This document shows positions 29,112-37,745 of a DNA stretch of 64,000 nucleotides, in pieces (the stretch's first letter is position 1; every line of letters begins with the position of its first letter). A program made the position numbers and the translations under genes. The DNA is from Bacilli bacterium (GTDB lineage Bacteria > Bacillota_I > Bacilli_A > ML615J-28 > CAG-698). Below the pieces are notes generated by a model that was not told where the DNA came from, ran no database searches, and worked only from the letters and a program-made list of their open reading frames with translations. The stretch covers positions 1,689-65,688 of the forward strand of contig JBFXJT010000003.1 in the NCBI GenBank assembly GCA_050174575.1, written 5' to 3'.

Positions 29112-29130
29112 AATAGAAAGCTAGATTTAT

Positions 29131-29943
29131 ATGAATTTATTTGAAAAAATTATTGACTTTTTAAGTTATCAACTTCCTTATGTTCCACAACCATATGGAA
29201 CATTTCATTTGGTTTTTTTAGGATTAACAGTCCTCATTTGTTTGTTTATTGGATTAAAGTTCTCCCACAGTACGGATAAACAAGATAAAAATATTTTACT
29301 ATTTTTCAGTATCCTATTATTAAGTTTTGAAGTATATAAGCAATTAGTCTTTACGATTGAAAAAGATGTTTGGTCTTATCAGTGGTATGCTTTTCCCTTC
29401 CAATTTTGTTCTGTACCGATGTATGTAGCGTTTATTACTGCTTTTTTAAAACCGGGTAAAATTAAAAATGCTTTCTATAATTTCTTAGGTACTTTTTGTT
29501 TGTTTGCAGGATTAGCAGCAATGTTTTATCCAGACGATGTTTTTATTTCAACTTTAGGAATTAGTATCCAAACAATGGTTCACCACGGATCGATGGTTAT
29601 TATTGGCTTTTATTGTTTGATATCAGGCAGAACAACAATAAACAAAAAAAGTATCATTGGCAGTGGAATTGTTTTTTCTGTTTTATTTTTAATGGCGTTA
29701 GGAATGAACCTTTTATTTAAAAACGTTAATGGTACTTTTAATATGTTTTTTATTAGCCCCTACTATCAATGCCATTTGCCAGTATTATCACAAATTCAAA
29801 GCCAATTTGGTTATGTTGTTTTCTTGCTATCTTATTTATTAGGATTTATCTTTATTGCTTATTTAATCTTACTCATTGCTTTAGGAATTAAGAATTGGCA
29901 TTATAAAGCTAAAAGTTTACGAAAATTAGTCAAAGCCAACTAA
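29131..29943 (+). CDS. Integral membrane protein of unknown function
   Basis: ~7 predicted TM helices. No family is recognised from the sequence. Confidence 0.4.
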   Translation: MNLFEKIIDFLSYQLPYVPQPYGTFHLVFLGLTVLICLFIGLKFSHSTDKQDKNILLFFSILLLSFEVYKQLVFTIEKDVWSYQWYAFPFQFCSVPMYVAFITAFLKPGKIKNAFYNFLGTFCLFAGLAAMFYPDDVFISTLGISIQTMVHHGSMVIIGFYCLISGRTTINKKSIIGSGIVFSVLFLMALGMNLLFKNVNGTFNMFFISPYYQCHLPVLSQIQSQFGYVVFLLSYLLGFIFIAYLILLIALGIKNWHYKAKSLRKLVKAN

Positions 29944-30030
29944 AGGCATTTGTTAGAATAAAAAAAACGGACAATCAATATAGGATACCATCATTTAACA
30001 GATATATCTTAAATTTATTGTCCTTTTTTG

Positions 30031-31500
30031 TCATTTATCGTAAGTTATTCCGATTTCAAAAGCCCGATTCCATGGGAAATAAGCTTTATAATTTTGTTTA
30101 AAGAATGGGTCGGACAAAACATGTAGCTCTTTTTGCAACAATTGTTTTAATTCATTGTTTGGTTTAAAATCAAACAAGTTTAAAAAATTAAGTCGCAAAT
30201 ATTCATGAACTTTTCCTCTCACGATATCTTGATAAAAACAATCATCAATAATTCGTTCTTGTAAGAACACATTTGTAAGTGCTATGTTTGGCGAAGTTTG
30301 ACTGCAATAAATTAGGGCTGTTGCAAGTAGGCTCCCAGTAGCGTTAGAAGCAGTATTCCAAGCACTATAACCTTTTAATTTTAAGAAATCAAGCTGTTTT
30401 AATAACCAAAAACAGCCGCCATTAGGTGTATGAATATCTAGCAAAAAGACAGGAGTTTTATTTTGCAGTACTTTATTTAGTTGCTCAATGAAGGAATTCG
30501 TGTTTTGGTCGGATAAGGCCTCTAATGGATGTTCGCGATCAGCGATTTCCATTTTTTGGAAGTTATCGCCTTGAAAAATTGCTAAAACAAACGATGCCTC
30601 TTGAATATCGTTCGTTCTTTGCATATGTAAAATGCTGGTCATTTTATTTAGGTTTTCTAAATAAGGACGATCTTCAAATGGAAGACAAATGTTTAATAGT
30701 TCTTCTTTTGGGTGCAACAGAAAATATTTTAATTCACGGTTTCCGATATTACTAATGATTTTTGCAAGTAAAAAAGTGGTTCCTTCATCGGTGCCGTTAT
30801 ATAACCAAGCTTTTTCTTCTAAATGGTGCTCTTTAATCTGCGCCATTAAAAGATCATGCTCCAATGTTTGCAAACCATCAGCCATTGAATCTTCTTGAAG
30901 AAGAAGCAAAAAATCAATTTCATTTTGTTGCAACATATTAATTGCTAGTTTGTTTACTTCGTGTTTTTTAATTCTTGCGATTTCATATGTTTTTAAAACA
31001 TCAACAGGGATTTTTAAACTAATTTCTTGAAACTTTTCACAGTCCTTTTGCTCATGGTATCGTAAATATTTTCCCTTATAACGGCTATACTCATTGATTA
31101 AACGCCAGTATTGTTTCGTTTTTTCATCAAATGTAGAAATGGAAGTGCGAAGAACGGTATCAAACATATAAATTTTTAGTTTTGGATTATGTTTTTTTAG
31201 TTTTTTTATTAATTGAATTTTATATTGTAATTCTTCTTTTGAAAAATTAGCACTTCTGCTTTGAATTAGTCCTCCACTAATGATACTATCTAGTGGACAA
31301 ATTAAATAATCGAGATTTCTTGCTTCTTCGTTTAAGAAGTTTTCGATGTTTTTAAAATCAAGTTTTGTATGGAGAGTCCCTAATTGGGTTTTATCCATCG
31401 TTATCAAATTGACGTTTGCTAATTTTGCTAATGTAATTGCCCAATCGTAATTACAAGGCCGACTATCTAGAGGAATTAAGCCAATATTCGTTTTCATCAT
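30031..31500 (-). CDS. Uncharacterised cytoplasmic protein, paralog A of a ~500 aa family (DUF4127-like; assignment from memory, unverified)
   Basis: Shares the N-terminal 'IGLIPLDSRPCNY' and C-terminal 'SAWNTASNATGSLLA' motifs with the paralogs at 45043 and 48483. The ATGATG start follows an AAAGGAG RBS; the track ORF is extended upstream. Confidence 0.5.
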   Translation of the reverse strand: MMKTNIGLIPLDSRPCNYDWAITLAKLANVNLITMDKTQLGTLHTKLDFKNIENFLNEEARNLDYLICPLDSIISGGLIQSRSANFSKEELQYKIQLIKKLKKHNPKLKIYMFDTVLRTSISTFDEKTKQYWRLINEYSRYKGKYLRYHEQKDCEKFQEISLKIPVDVLKTYEIARIKKHEVNKLAINMLQQNEIDFLLLLQEDSMADGLQTLEHDLLMAQIKEHHLEEKAWLYNGTDEGTTFLLAKIISNIGNRELKYFLLHPKEELLNICLPFEDRPYLENLNKMTSILHMQRTNDIQEASFVLAIFQGDNFQKMEIADREHPLEALSDQNTNSFIEQLNKVLQNKTPVFLLDIHTPNGGCFWLLKQLDFLKLKGYSAWNTASNATGSLLATALIYCSQTSPNIALTNVFLQERIIDDCFYQDIVRGKVHEYLRLNFLNLFDFKPNNELKQLLQKELHVLSDPFFKQNYKAYFPWNRAFEIGITYDK

Positions 31501-31569
31501 AAGCTCCTTTTTGTTCATATTGTAACACAGGCAATTTAAAAAGAGAATAAGAATATTTTTAAAAATCAA

Positions 31570-31598
31570 TTGACTAGACATTTAGTTGGTGCTATAAT
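31570..31598 (+). promoter_or_regulatory. Consensus sigma-A promoter (TTGACT-17-TATAAT) with an operator-like TTGACTAGACA element over the -35
   Basis: The -35 and -10 boxes are read directly. The identical 11-mer TTGACTAGACA recurs at the promoter at 50031. Confidence 0.5.
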
Positions 31599-31609
31599 CA
31601 AAGGCGTGA

Positions 31610-31623
31610 TGTAAACGTTATCA
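31610..31623 (+). promoter_or_regulatory. Catabolite-responsive element (cre, CcpA site) just downstream of the -10
   Basis: TGTAAACGTTATCA matches the TGWAANCGNTNWCA consensus at every constrained position. It lies within a larger 8-5-8 inverted repeat AAACGTTA-tcagt-TAACGTTT (31613-31633). Confidence 0.5.
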
Positions 31624-31681
31624 GTTAACGTTTTCCGTCTACTATAGCAGTTTATCAAACTGCAAAGAAAAGGAGAAAAAG

Positions 31682-33229
31682 ATGTTTAAAAAATTAATGA
31701 TTGCCTTTTTAATGATTGCCTCGGTTTTCATGTTTGTTGGATGTACTAAAGATGACGACGTTGTTGAAAGCTTAGACAACATTAAAATTTATGGCCCGTT
31801 TGACACATTTGACCCAGAAACTGATTATGTTCATCAACTAATCAAAGATATTACTGGTGTTGATGTTGATTATGACTTTTTACCACAAGATGGCGCTTCT
31901 GCAAATACTAAACTTTATTTAGATATTGCTGGACAAGCAGAATACCATTTGATGAAACTTGCTCCTACTCAATTTGATCAACTAAGAGCTGTTGGAGCTT
32001 TACTCGATATTACTGAATTACTAAACGAATATGGAACAAATATTACAAGTTCTGTTAGTGAAGAAGTATGGAAAACAGCAACTTACGATGGAAAAATTTA
32101 CGGTGTTCCTCAAAAGAACCCATCAAACAACATCAATAGTGCTTTATTCTTAAGAAAAGACATTTTTGTTGAAAACGAGATAGCTCTTCCAACTACTTTA
32201 ACGGAATTTAAAGATGCTATGGTTGCTTTAAAAACAAAATTAGGAACTGGATTTGTTCCTTTCAGTGCTAGTTCACATAACATTGAACCAATTAGAGGCG
32301 CCTTTGGGATCGTTACTGACTGGGTTCCACAAACTGATGGCACTTTAAAATATTGGACAGAAACAGCTGCTTTCTAAGACTATGCAGATTATATGAAAGA
32401 ATTAGTTGACTTGGGAGTTATGCAAGATGGTTATTTAACAATCCCTAATTATGGTGCAAATAGCCGTGCCGGATTGCAAAACGGAACAGTTGGTGTTACA
32501 CTAGATGCATGGTGGAGTGGCAATGGTATTATCAATGGTATCGCTGCTTCAGAAGGACAAACAGAAGAATATGTAATCGAACACGCTGCTGATTACTTAC
32601 ATTTTATTGACTCTTTATTAGGTGATGCTAATTATGGTACACCAGGAAAAGGTCAAGCTAAAATGGATTATTCCGTTACTTATTTCTATGCTATTCCAAA
32701 ATATATGGAAAACACAGCCATGGCCGTTATTAAATGGATGAATGAAAAAATGGATCCAGTTAACTTCAAACGTTTAACAATTGGTGAAGAAAATGTTCAT
32801 CATACACTTGTTGATGGCAAATATTTCCCAATATTAACACCTGATACTAATGGAAAAATTCCTTTTGATTCTTTCAATAAAGGTGATTATTTCTTAACTG
32901 GTATTCGCGAAGAAGATTATTCATTATACTGGCAATGTCGAGCTCGTAAGAATCCTCGTCAACAATTTGTTTGGGAAGGAATGAATACAGAAGCACAAAA
33001 AACAAGTGTCGGAATTTATGATCGCGTTGGTCTAGCTCCAGGATTCTTAATTTATGGCGCTAATAAAACGAAATTATCACAACTTACGACTGATTACTTA
33101 GTAAGTGTCATCACAGGCCAAGGGACACAAATGACACAAACTGAATTCAATGCGAAATTAGTTGCAGAAGCACAATTAACAGAAAGCATCGCTGAAGTTA
33201 ATGCTTGGTATGCAACTCTTGGTGATTAA
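31682..33229 (+). pseudogene. LplA/YesO-type extracellular sugar-binding lipoprotein (ABC SBP family 1) interrupted by an in-frame TAA at 32375-32377
   Basis: Lipobox 'FMFVGC'. ORFs 31682-32377 and 32393-33229 are in the same frame, and the read-through translation '...YWTETAAF*DYADYMKELVDLG...' is continuous SBP sequence. Confidence 0.6.
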
Positions 33230-33250
33230 TCCGCATTCGGAGGTAAATTA

Positions 33251-33886
33251 ATGGTTAATAGAGCACTTTTTGTTATGGGGCGTTTATTTTTATTAAATGT
33301 CATATATATTCTTACGATTGCTTTTAGTGTAGGAATATTGGTTGCCCCGGCAACAAGTGCTCTTTTTTATTGTACTAAAGACTTGTTAAAAAAAGATACA
33401 CACGAGTTTGGCTTTTTCAAACAATATATTAACATCATCAAAACAAAATTCCGTTATAGTTTTTTGTTTGGACTGATTGCTTTGATTATTCTTTATCTAT
33501 GTATCGTTAATTTAGATAATGTATTATTGCTGAATTATGAACAATGGTTATTAAAAACAATTGTTGTATTTCAATATATTATTATTCTTGAAACTTCTTT
33601 AATGTTTATTATGGTTCTTTTTTTGAATGGACTGTTTGTTTTTAATAAGTTTTCTGATTTATTAAAAATGTCTTTTTTCATTTTACATCGACATATCCTA
33701 ACAACTATTTTGTTGGGTATATCCGTTATTGTTCTCATCTATGTTTTTATTTATTACATCAACGCTTTATTCTTATTATTGTTTTTTAGTATGATTAGTT
33801 TATGGGTCAATTTATTATATTGGCCTATCGTGATAAAATATATAAAAAAGGAGGAAAAACCCGAACATGAGCAAGAAACCGAATAA
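33251..33886 (+). CDS. YesL-like membrane protein (DUF624)
   Basis: The N-terminal pattern 'RLFLLNVIYILTIAFSVGILVAPATSALFY' and its size/TM layout are typical of DUF624 proteins that accompany LplABC transporters. Confidence 0.55.
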   Translation: MVNRALFVMGRLFLLNVIYILTIAFSVGILVAPATSALFYCTKDLLKKDTHEFGFFKQYINIIKTKFRYSFLFGLIALIILYLCIVNLDNVLLLNYEQWLLKTIVVFQYIIILETSLMFIMVLFLNGLFVFNKFSDLLKMSFFILHRHILTTILLGISVIVLIYVFIYYINALFLLLFFSMISLWVNLLYWPIVIKYIKKEEKPEHEQETE

Positions 33887-34805
33887 GTTATTAAAACATT
33901 TTAAACAATATGGGGCCTTGTATTTCTTCTTAATACCCGGGTTAGTTCTTGTTGCCATTTTTAACTATGTTCCTATGGCAGGAATTGTTATTGCTTTTAA
34001 GCATTATGATATTTTTGCAGGAAATACACCAATTGAATCAATCATAAAAAGTGATTGGGCGGGATTTACCCATTTCGAAGCTTTATTTAGTAATAACGAC
34101 TTCATTAATGCTTTCGAAAACACTTTAATCATAAGCACTTATAAAATTGTTTTTTTATTCCCAATACCAATTGTTTTAGCAATCATGATTACCGATATTA
34201 AAGCTCTTTGGTATAAAAAGGTTATTCAAATTGTTTTATACTTGCCACATTTTTTGTCATGGATTGTTGTTACAGCTTTGTTTATTCAAATATTAGGGCC
34301 TTACGGGGTCATCAATAATTGGTTAAAAGATTTGAACATAATTGAGCATTCACTGGCCTTTTTTGGAAATAATGATATTTTCCGTGGACTGATTGTTATT
34401 TCTGCTGGATGGAAAGAAGTAGGCTGGAATGCGATTATATATATTGCTGCCATTACGGGGATTAACCCACAATTATATGAAGCAGCAAAAATGGATGGAG
34501 CCAATAAAATTCAACAAATTTTCTATATTACAATTCCATCAATTGCTAATACAATTGTTATGTTGTTTATTTTGCGAATTGGCGCTATTTTAGATGCTGG
34601 TTTTGACCAAATTTTTAATATGTATTCCTATGTGGTATATGATAAGGGTGATATTTTGTCAACACTTGTTTACCGATCAGGTATTGGACAACAAAACTAT
34701 AGTTTTGCGACAGCAGTCGGATTATTCAATTCCGTTGTTGCGTTAATCATGGTTCTTGGAGGCAATTATTTATCACGTAAAATCTTTAAGAAAGGATTGT
34801 GGTAA
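33867..34805 (+). CDS. Sugar ABC transporter permease, LplB-like (CUT1)
   Basis: 'KHFKQYGALYFFLIPGLVLVAIFNYVPMAGIVIAFKHY' is the characteristic LplB N-terminus, and the 'EAAKMDGANKIQQIFYITIP' EAA loop is present. Confidence 0.8.
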   Translation: MSKKPNKLLKHFKQYGALYFFLIPGLVLVAIFNYVPMAGIVIAFKHYDIFAGNTPIESIIKSDWAGFTHFEALFSNNDFINAFENTLIISTYKIVFLFPIPIVLAIMITDIKALWYKKVIQIVLYLPHFLSWIVVTALFIQILGPYGVINNWLKDLNIIEHSLAFFGNNDIFRGLIVISAGWKEVGWNAIIYIAAITGINPQLYEAAKMDGANKIQQIFYITIPSIANTIVMLFILRIGAILDAGFDQIFNMYSYVVYDKGDILSTLVYRSGIGQQNYSFATAVGLFNSVVALIMVLGGNYLSRKIFKKGLW

Positions 34806-34807
34806 TT

Positions 34808-35674
34808 ATGCTTGAGTCAAGAAGCGATAAAATATTCAGCATTATTGTATATATCATTTTATCCATTTTTGGATTATCAATTATTTTGCCGTTTTTCAAT
34901 TTATTAGCGACATCCCTTTCCGATCAAGTAGCTGTTTCTAACGGTTCAGTTTCATTTTGGCCAAAAAACTTCACATTTAGTGCTTACCAATTTGTTGTGC
35001 AAAACGATCAATTTTGGAATGGATTAAAAACAACGGTCTTTGTAACATTTGTTGGAACGGCATTAGCGATGGTTGTAACAACACTTGTTGCCTATCCGCT
35101 AAGCCTTCCCAAATTTCGAGCTCGTAAAATTTTTCTAGTTATCTTTATTATTGTTATGCTTTTTAATGGAGGACTAATTCCCACATATTTACTTATTAAT
35201 CAAATCGGATTACGTAATAATCGGTGGGCGCTAATCTTGCCATCCCTCATTTCTACATACAATATGTTACTTGTGAAAAACTATTTTGAAACATTGCCAG
35301 AATCATTGTATGAGTCCGCTAAAATTGATGGGGCAACCGAATTTCAAATCTTTTTGAAAATCACGTTACCTTTATCACTACCAACACTGGCAACTGTTGC
35401 TTTGTTTTATGCCGTTGGCTTTTGGAACGCTTATGTTAGTGGTATGTTGTATATATCAACACCGAGCAAAATGCCACTGCAAACATATTTACAAACGCTT
35501 CTCAATATGGCGTATATACCGGCACACGAACTATCGCCAGAAGCAGCTGAAAGTTTGTCGACGGAATCGATTAGAGCAGCAACAATTTTTTCAGCAACAG
35601 TCCCTATTTTGATTCTTTATCCTTTCTTACAAAAATATTTTGTGAAAGGGTTAGTATTGGGGTCGGACAAATAA
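34808..35674 (+). CDS. Sugar ABC transporter permease, LplC-like (CUT1)
   Basis: EAA-loop 'ESAKIDGATEFQIFLKITLP' with 6 TM helices. Confidence 0.8.
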   Translation: MLESRSDKIFSIIVYIILSIFGLSIILPFFNLLATSLSDQVAVSNGSVSFWPKNFTFSAYQFVVQNDQFWNGLKTTVFVTFVGTALAMVVTTLVAYPLSLPKFRARKIFLVIFIIVMLFNGGLIPTYLLINQIGLRNNRWALILPSLISTYNMLLVKNYFETLPESLYESAKIDGATEFQIFLKITLPLSLPTLATVALFYAVGFWNAYVSGMLYISTPSKMPLQTYLQTLLNMAYIPAHELSPEAAESLSTESIRAATIFSATVPILILYPFLQKYFVKGLVLGSDK

Positions 35675-36096
35675 TGAAAGACCGTTTTAAAATTTTTATC
35701 TTAAGATCCTGGGTAATTGGGATGGTTGTCGTTGTGGTTTATTTCATGATGAGTTTGCAACATATTTTTATTGGACTTATTTTAGGAATTATCAATACCT
35801 TTTTGGTTGATTTATTAAGTTTAACTATCAACAAAGGTAATCAGGCTGCTTTTCCTACAGGATGGAAATTGTTTTTTAAAACCATTTTCAATATTGCTAT
35901 TGCCATCATCATTAGTTTAATTATTCGCTTAATCGATTTGCAACTATTAAAAAACAACCTTATTACTATGCCAATTGAAACATTTCGCTTTATTGCTTAT
36001 TACCAAATTATTTATTATGGATCGTTATTCGTATATAACAAAATAAAAAGATTAATTGAGAGGAACAAAAATGAAACGATTATTAAAAAGCCTTAA
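35674..36096 (+). CDS. Small membrane protein of unknown function
   Basis: 3-4 TM helices. It overlaps neighbouring genes in an operon-like arrangement. Confidence 0.35.
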   Translation: MKDRFKIFILRSWVIGMVVVVVYFMMSLQHIFIGLILGIINTFLVDLLSLTINKGNQAAFPTGWKLFFKTIFNIAIAIIISLIIRLIDLQLLKNNLITMPIETFRFIAYYQIIYYGSLFVYNKIKRLIERNKNETIIKKP

Positions 36097-36766
36097 AACT
36101 AAACCGATGACACTTGTCGTCAGTTTGCCAGAAAACACTTACGAAATGGCAAAAGCTGCTTGGGAAGCAGGCGCAGATGCCATTAAAGTGCACATCAATT
36201 TATTTCACAACGCTAGTTTAATCAAATTTGGAACGATTGAAGAGCAACGACCTGTTTTAGAAAAAATATTGCACGACTCTCCGGTTCCTGTTGGTGTCGT
36301 AGCTGGCGAAAATACAAAAGTTAGTGAAGGGGTCATCGAAGAATTAGTTCGAATGGGATTCGATTTTATATCTTTGTATGGTCATCATATGCCTGTATCG
36401 TTATGCAATCGCCAAGACGTATCAAACTTATTTGCAATTGATTATAGTTATTCAGTTGAAGAAGTAAAAACAATTACTAATTCATTCATTGCAGAAATAT
36501 TGGAGTTATCAATTCTTCCTCATGAAGAATATGGTTCTCGTCTTAATGCCCGAGATTTAAGTCGTTATTTAGCTTTTTCACAAGTATCTAATATTCCAAC
36601 ACTTTTACCAACTCAAAGATTGATTTATCCGAGCGATGTTCAAGCAATTGCTAATTGTGGCGTCAAAGCAATCATGATTGGAGCAATTGTTTTTGGTCAC
36701 GATCTTCATCAAATGGTTGAACAAATAAAGTTATTTAAACAAGCTATAAATGAATTAAAGCAGTAA
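36071..36766 (+). CDS. Hypothetical cytoplasmic protein, possibly a TIM-barrel (alpha/beta) enzyme
   Basis: Alternating beta-alpha pattern with 'AWEAGADAIKVH' and a 'VKAIMIGAIVFG' phosphate-binding-like C-terminal motif. The family is not recognised with confidence. Confidence 0.35.
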   Translation: MKRLLKSLKTKPMTLVVSLPENTYEMAKAAWEAGADAIKVHINLFHNASLIKFGTIEEQRPVLEKILHDSPVPVGVVAGENTKVSEGVIEELVRMGFDFISLYGHHMPVSLCNRQDVSNLFAIDYSYSVEEVKTITNSFIAEILELSILPHEEYGSRLNARDLSRYLAFSQVSNIPTLLPTQRLIYPSDVQAIANCGVKAIMIGAIVFGHDLHQMVEQIKLFKQAINELKQ

Positions 36767-36776
36767 GGAGTAATTT

Positions 36777-37736
36777 ATGTCACTAGCGATTCAGGCCGTT
36801 CCGATATATGATAGTAAAGCGTTTGATATACGTCGCTATATCCATCCTCCAATATATGATGGAAAAATCGATCAAGAAAAACTTCCAATTGCCCCTCCAG
36901 CATGTTTTTTAGGAGCATGGTATCGTAAAGTTTTTTCATCATTTGACAAATGGGTTGGTATTGAAGGGGTGATTGAATTAGGAGAATTTACTCCCGATGA
37001 AGCACGTTTCAATTTAGATGGTAAAGGCCGCTATATGGATGTTCCAAGTATTTATATGGGTGGAAAAAGCGCTTTTGAAAGTGATGCCGGCTTAGGTTTA
37101 GGACCAACATATTTAACTTCTGATTTTTCTTTTGAATTAACAATGGCCAGTCCTAAAATAGCTTATCGTCCTTTTTGGCGTTATATTTATCAAGATGCAA
37201 CTGATATCAACGGTAATGTCAATCGACGTGAAATCAATTCTTGGAATGTTACTGAACCTAGAAGCGTTATTTATAGTTACTTTCCTGGTGATGTTTTAAG
37301 AATGAGTGTTTATAGTCCTATTCCTGATTACTTACAATTACACATCGAAGTATTAAAAACGACGACGATTCCTAAATATGTGCAAATTAGAGAACAATAT
37401 CATTTAGAAAATAATCGTCCCGATGATTTTTTCAGCCCAATCTTTTTATCAAAAGGTCATGGGAAAAATGATGCAGAATTTAAAAGAGTGAATGCTATTG
37501 ATCAATTTGGGAATGAAGGATTTCATGCAAAACCAACCAAAGCTGAAGTTTCAAAAGCTACTTGGCACGAAACATATTTATATCGGATGATTAATAACGA
37601 AGTTAGACGTATTCCATTTTCGAAAGCTAGGCAAACAAGTATGATTTGCCCAAACAATGATGCCGTTTCTGTTATCGACATTGATCCAGAAATTGGCAGC
37701 GAAGCAATAATCATTCATCCGGGGAAAATAAAATAG
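36777..37736 (+). CDS. Unknown-family cytoplasmic protein, 319 aa, paralog A
   Basis: ~45-50% identical to the 44071-45030 product. Shared blocks are 'FLGAWYRKVFSSFD.W.G.EGVI.LGEFTPD..RFNLDGKGRYMD.PSIYMGGKSA', 'AYRPFWRYIY..ATD..GNV.R.EINSWNV' and 'RQTSMICPN.DA'. It has no signal peptide and an AAGGAG RBS. Confidence 0.5.
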   Translation: MSLAIQAVPIYDSKAFDIRRYIHPPIYDGKIDQEKLPIAPPACFLGAWYRKVFSSFDKWVGIEGVIELGEFTPDEARFNLDGKGRYMDVPSIYMGGKSAFESDAGLGLGPTYLTSDFSFELTMASPKIAYRPFWRYIYQDATDINGNVNRREINSWNVTEPRSVIYSYFPGDVLRMSVYSPIPDYLQLHIEVLKTTTIPKYVQIREQYHLENNRPDDFFSPIFLSKGHGKNDAEFKRVNAIDQFGNEGFHAKPTKAEVSKATWHETYLYRMINNEVRRIPFSKARQTSMICPNNDAVSVIDIDPEIGSEAIIIHPGKIK

Positions 37737-37745
37737 GGGGTAAAG

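Noticed and set aside
29960-30025. Inverted repeat GGACAAT...ATTGTCC between convergent genes
   Set aside because: The loop is ~43 nt, too large for a canonical intrinsic terminator, so it is not called as one.
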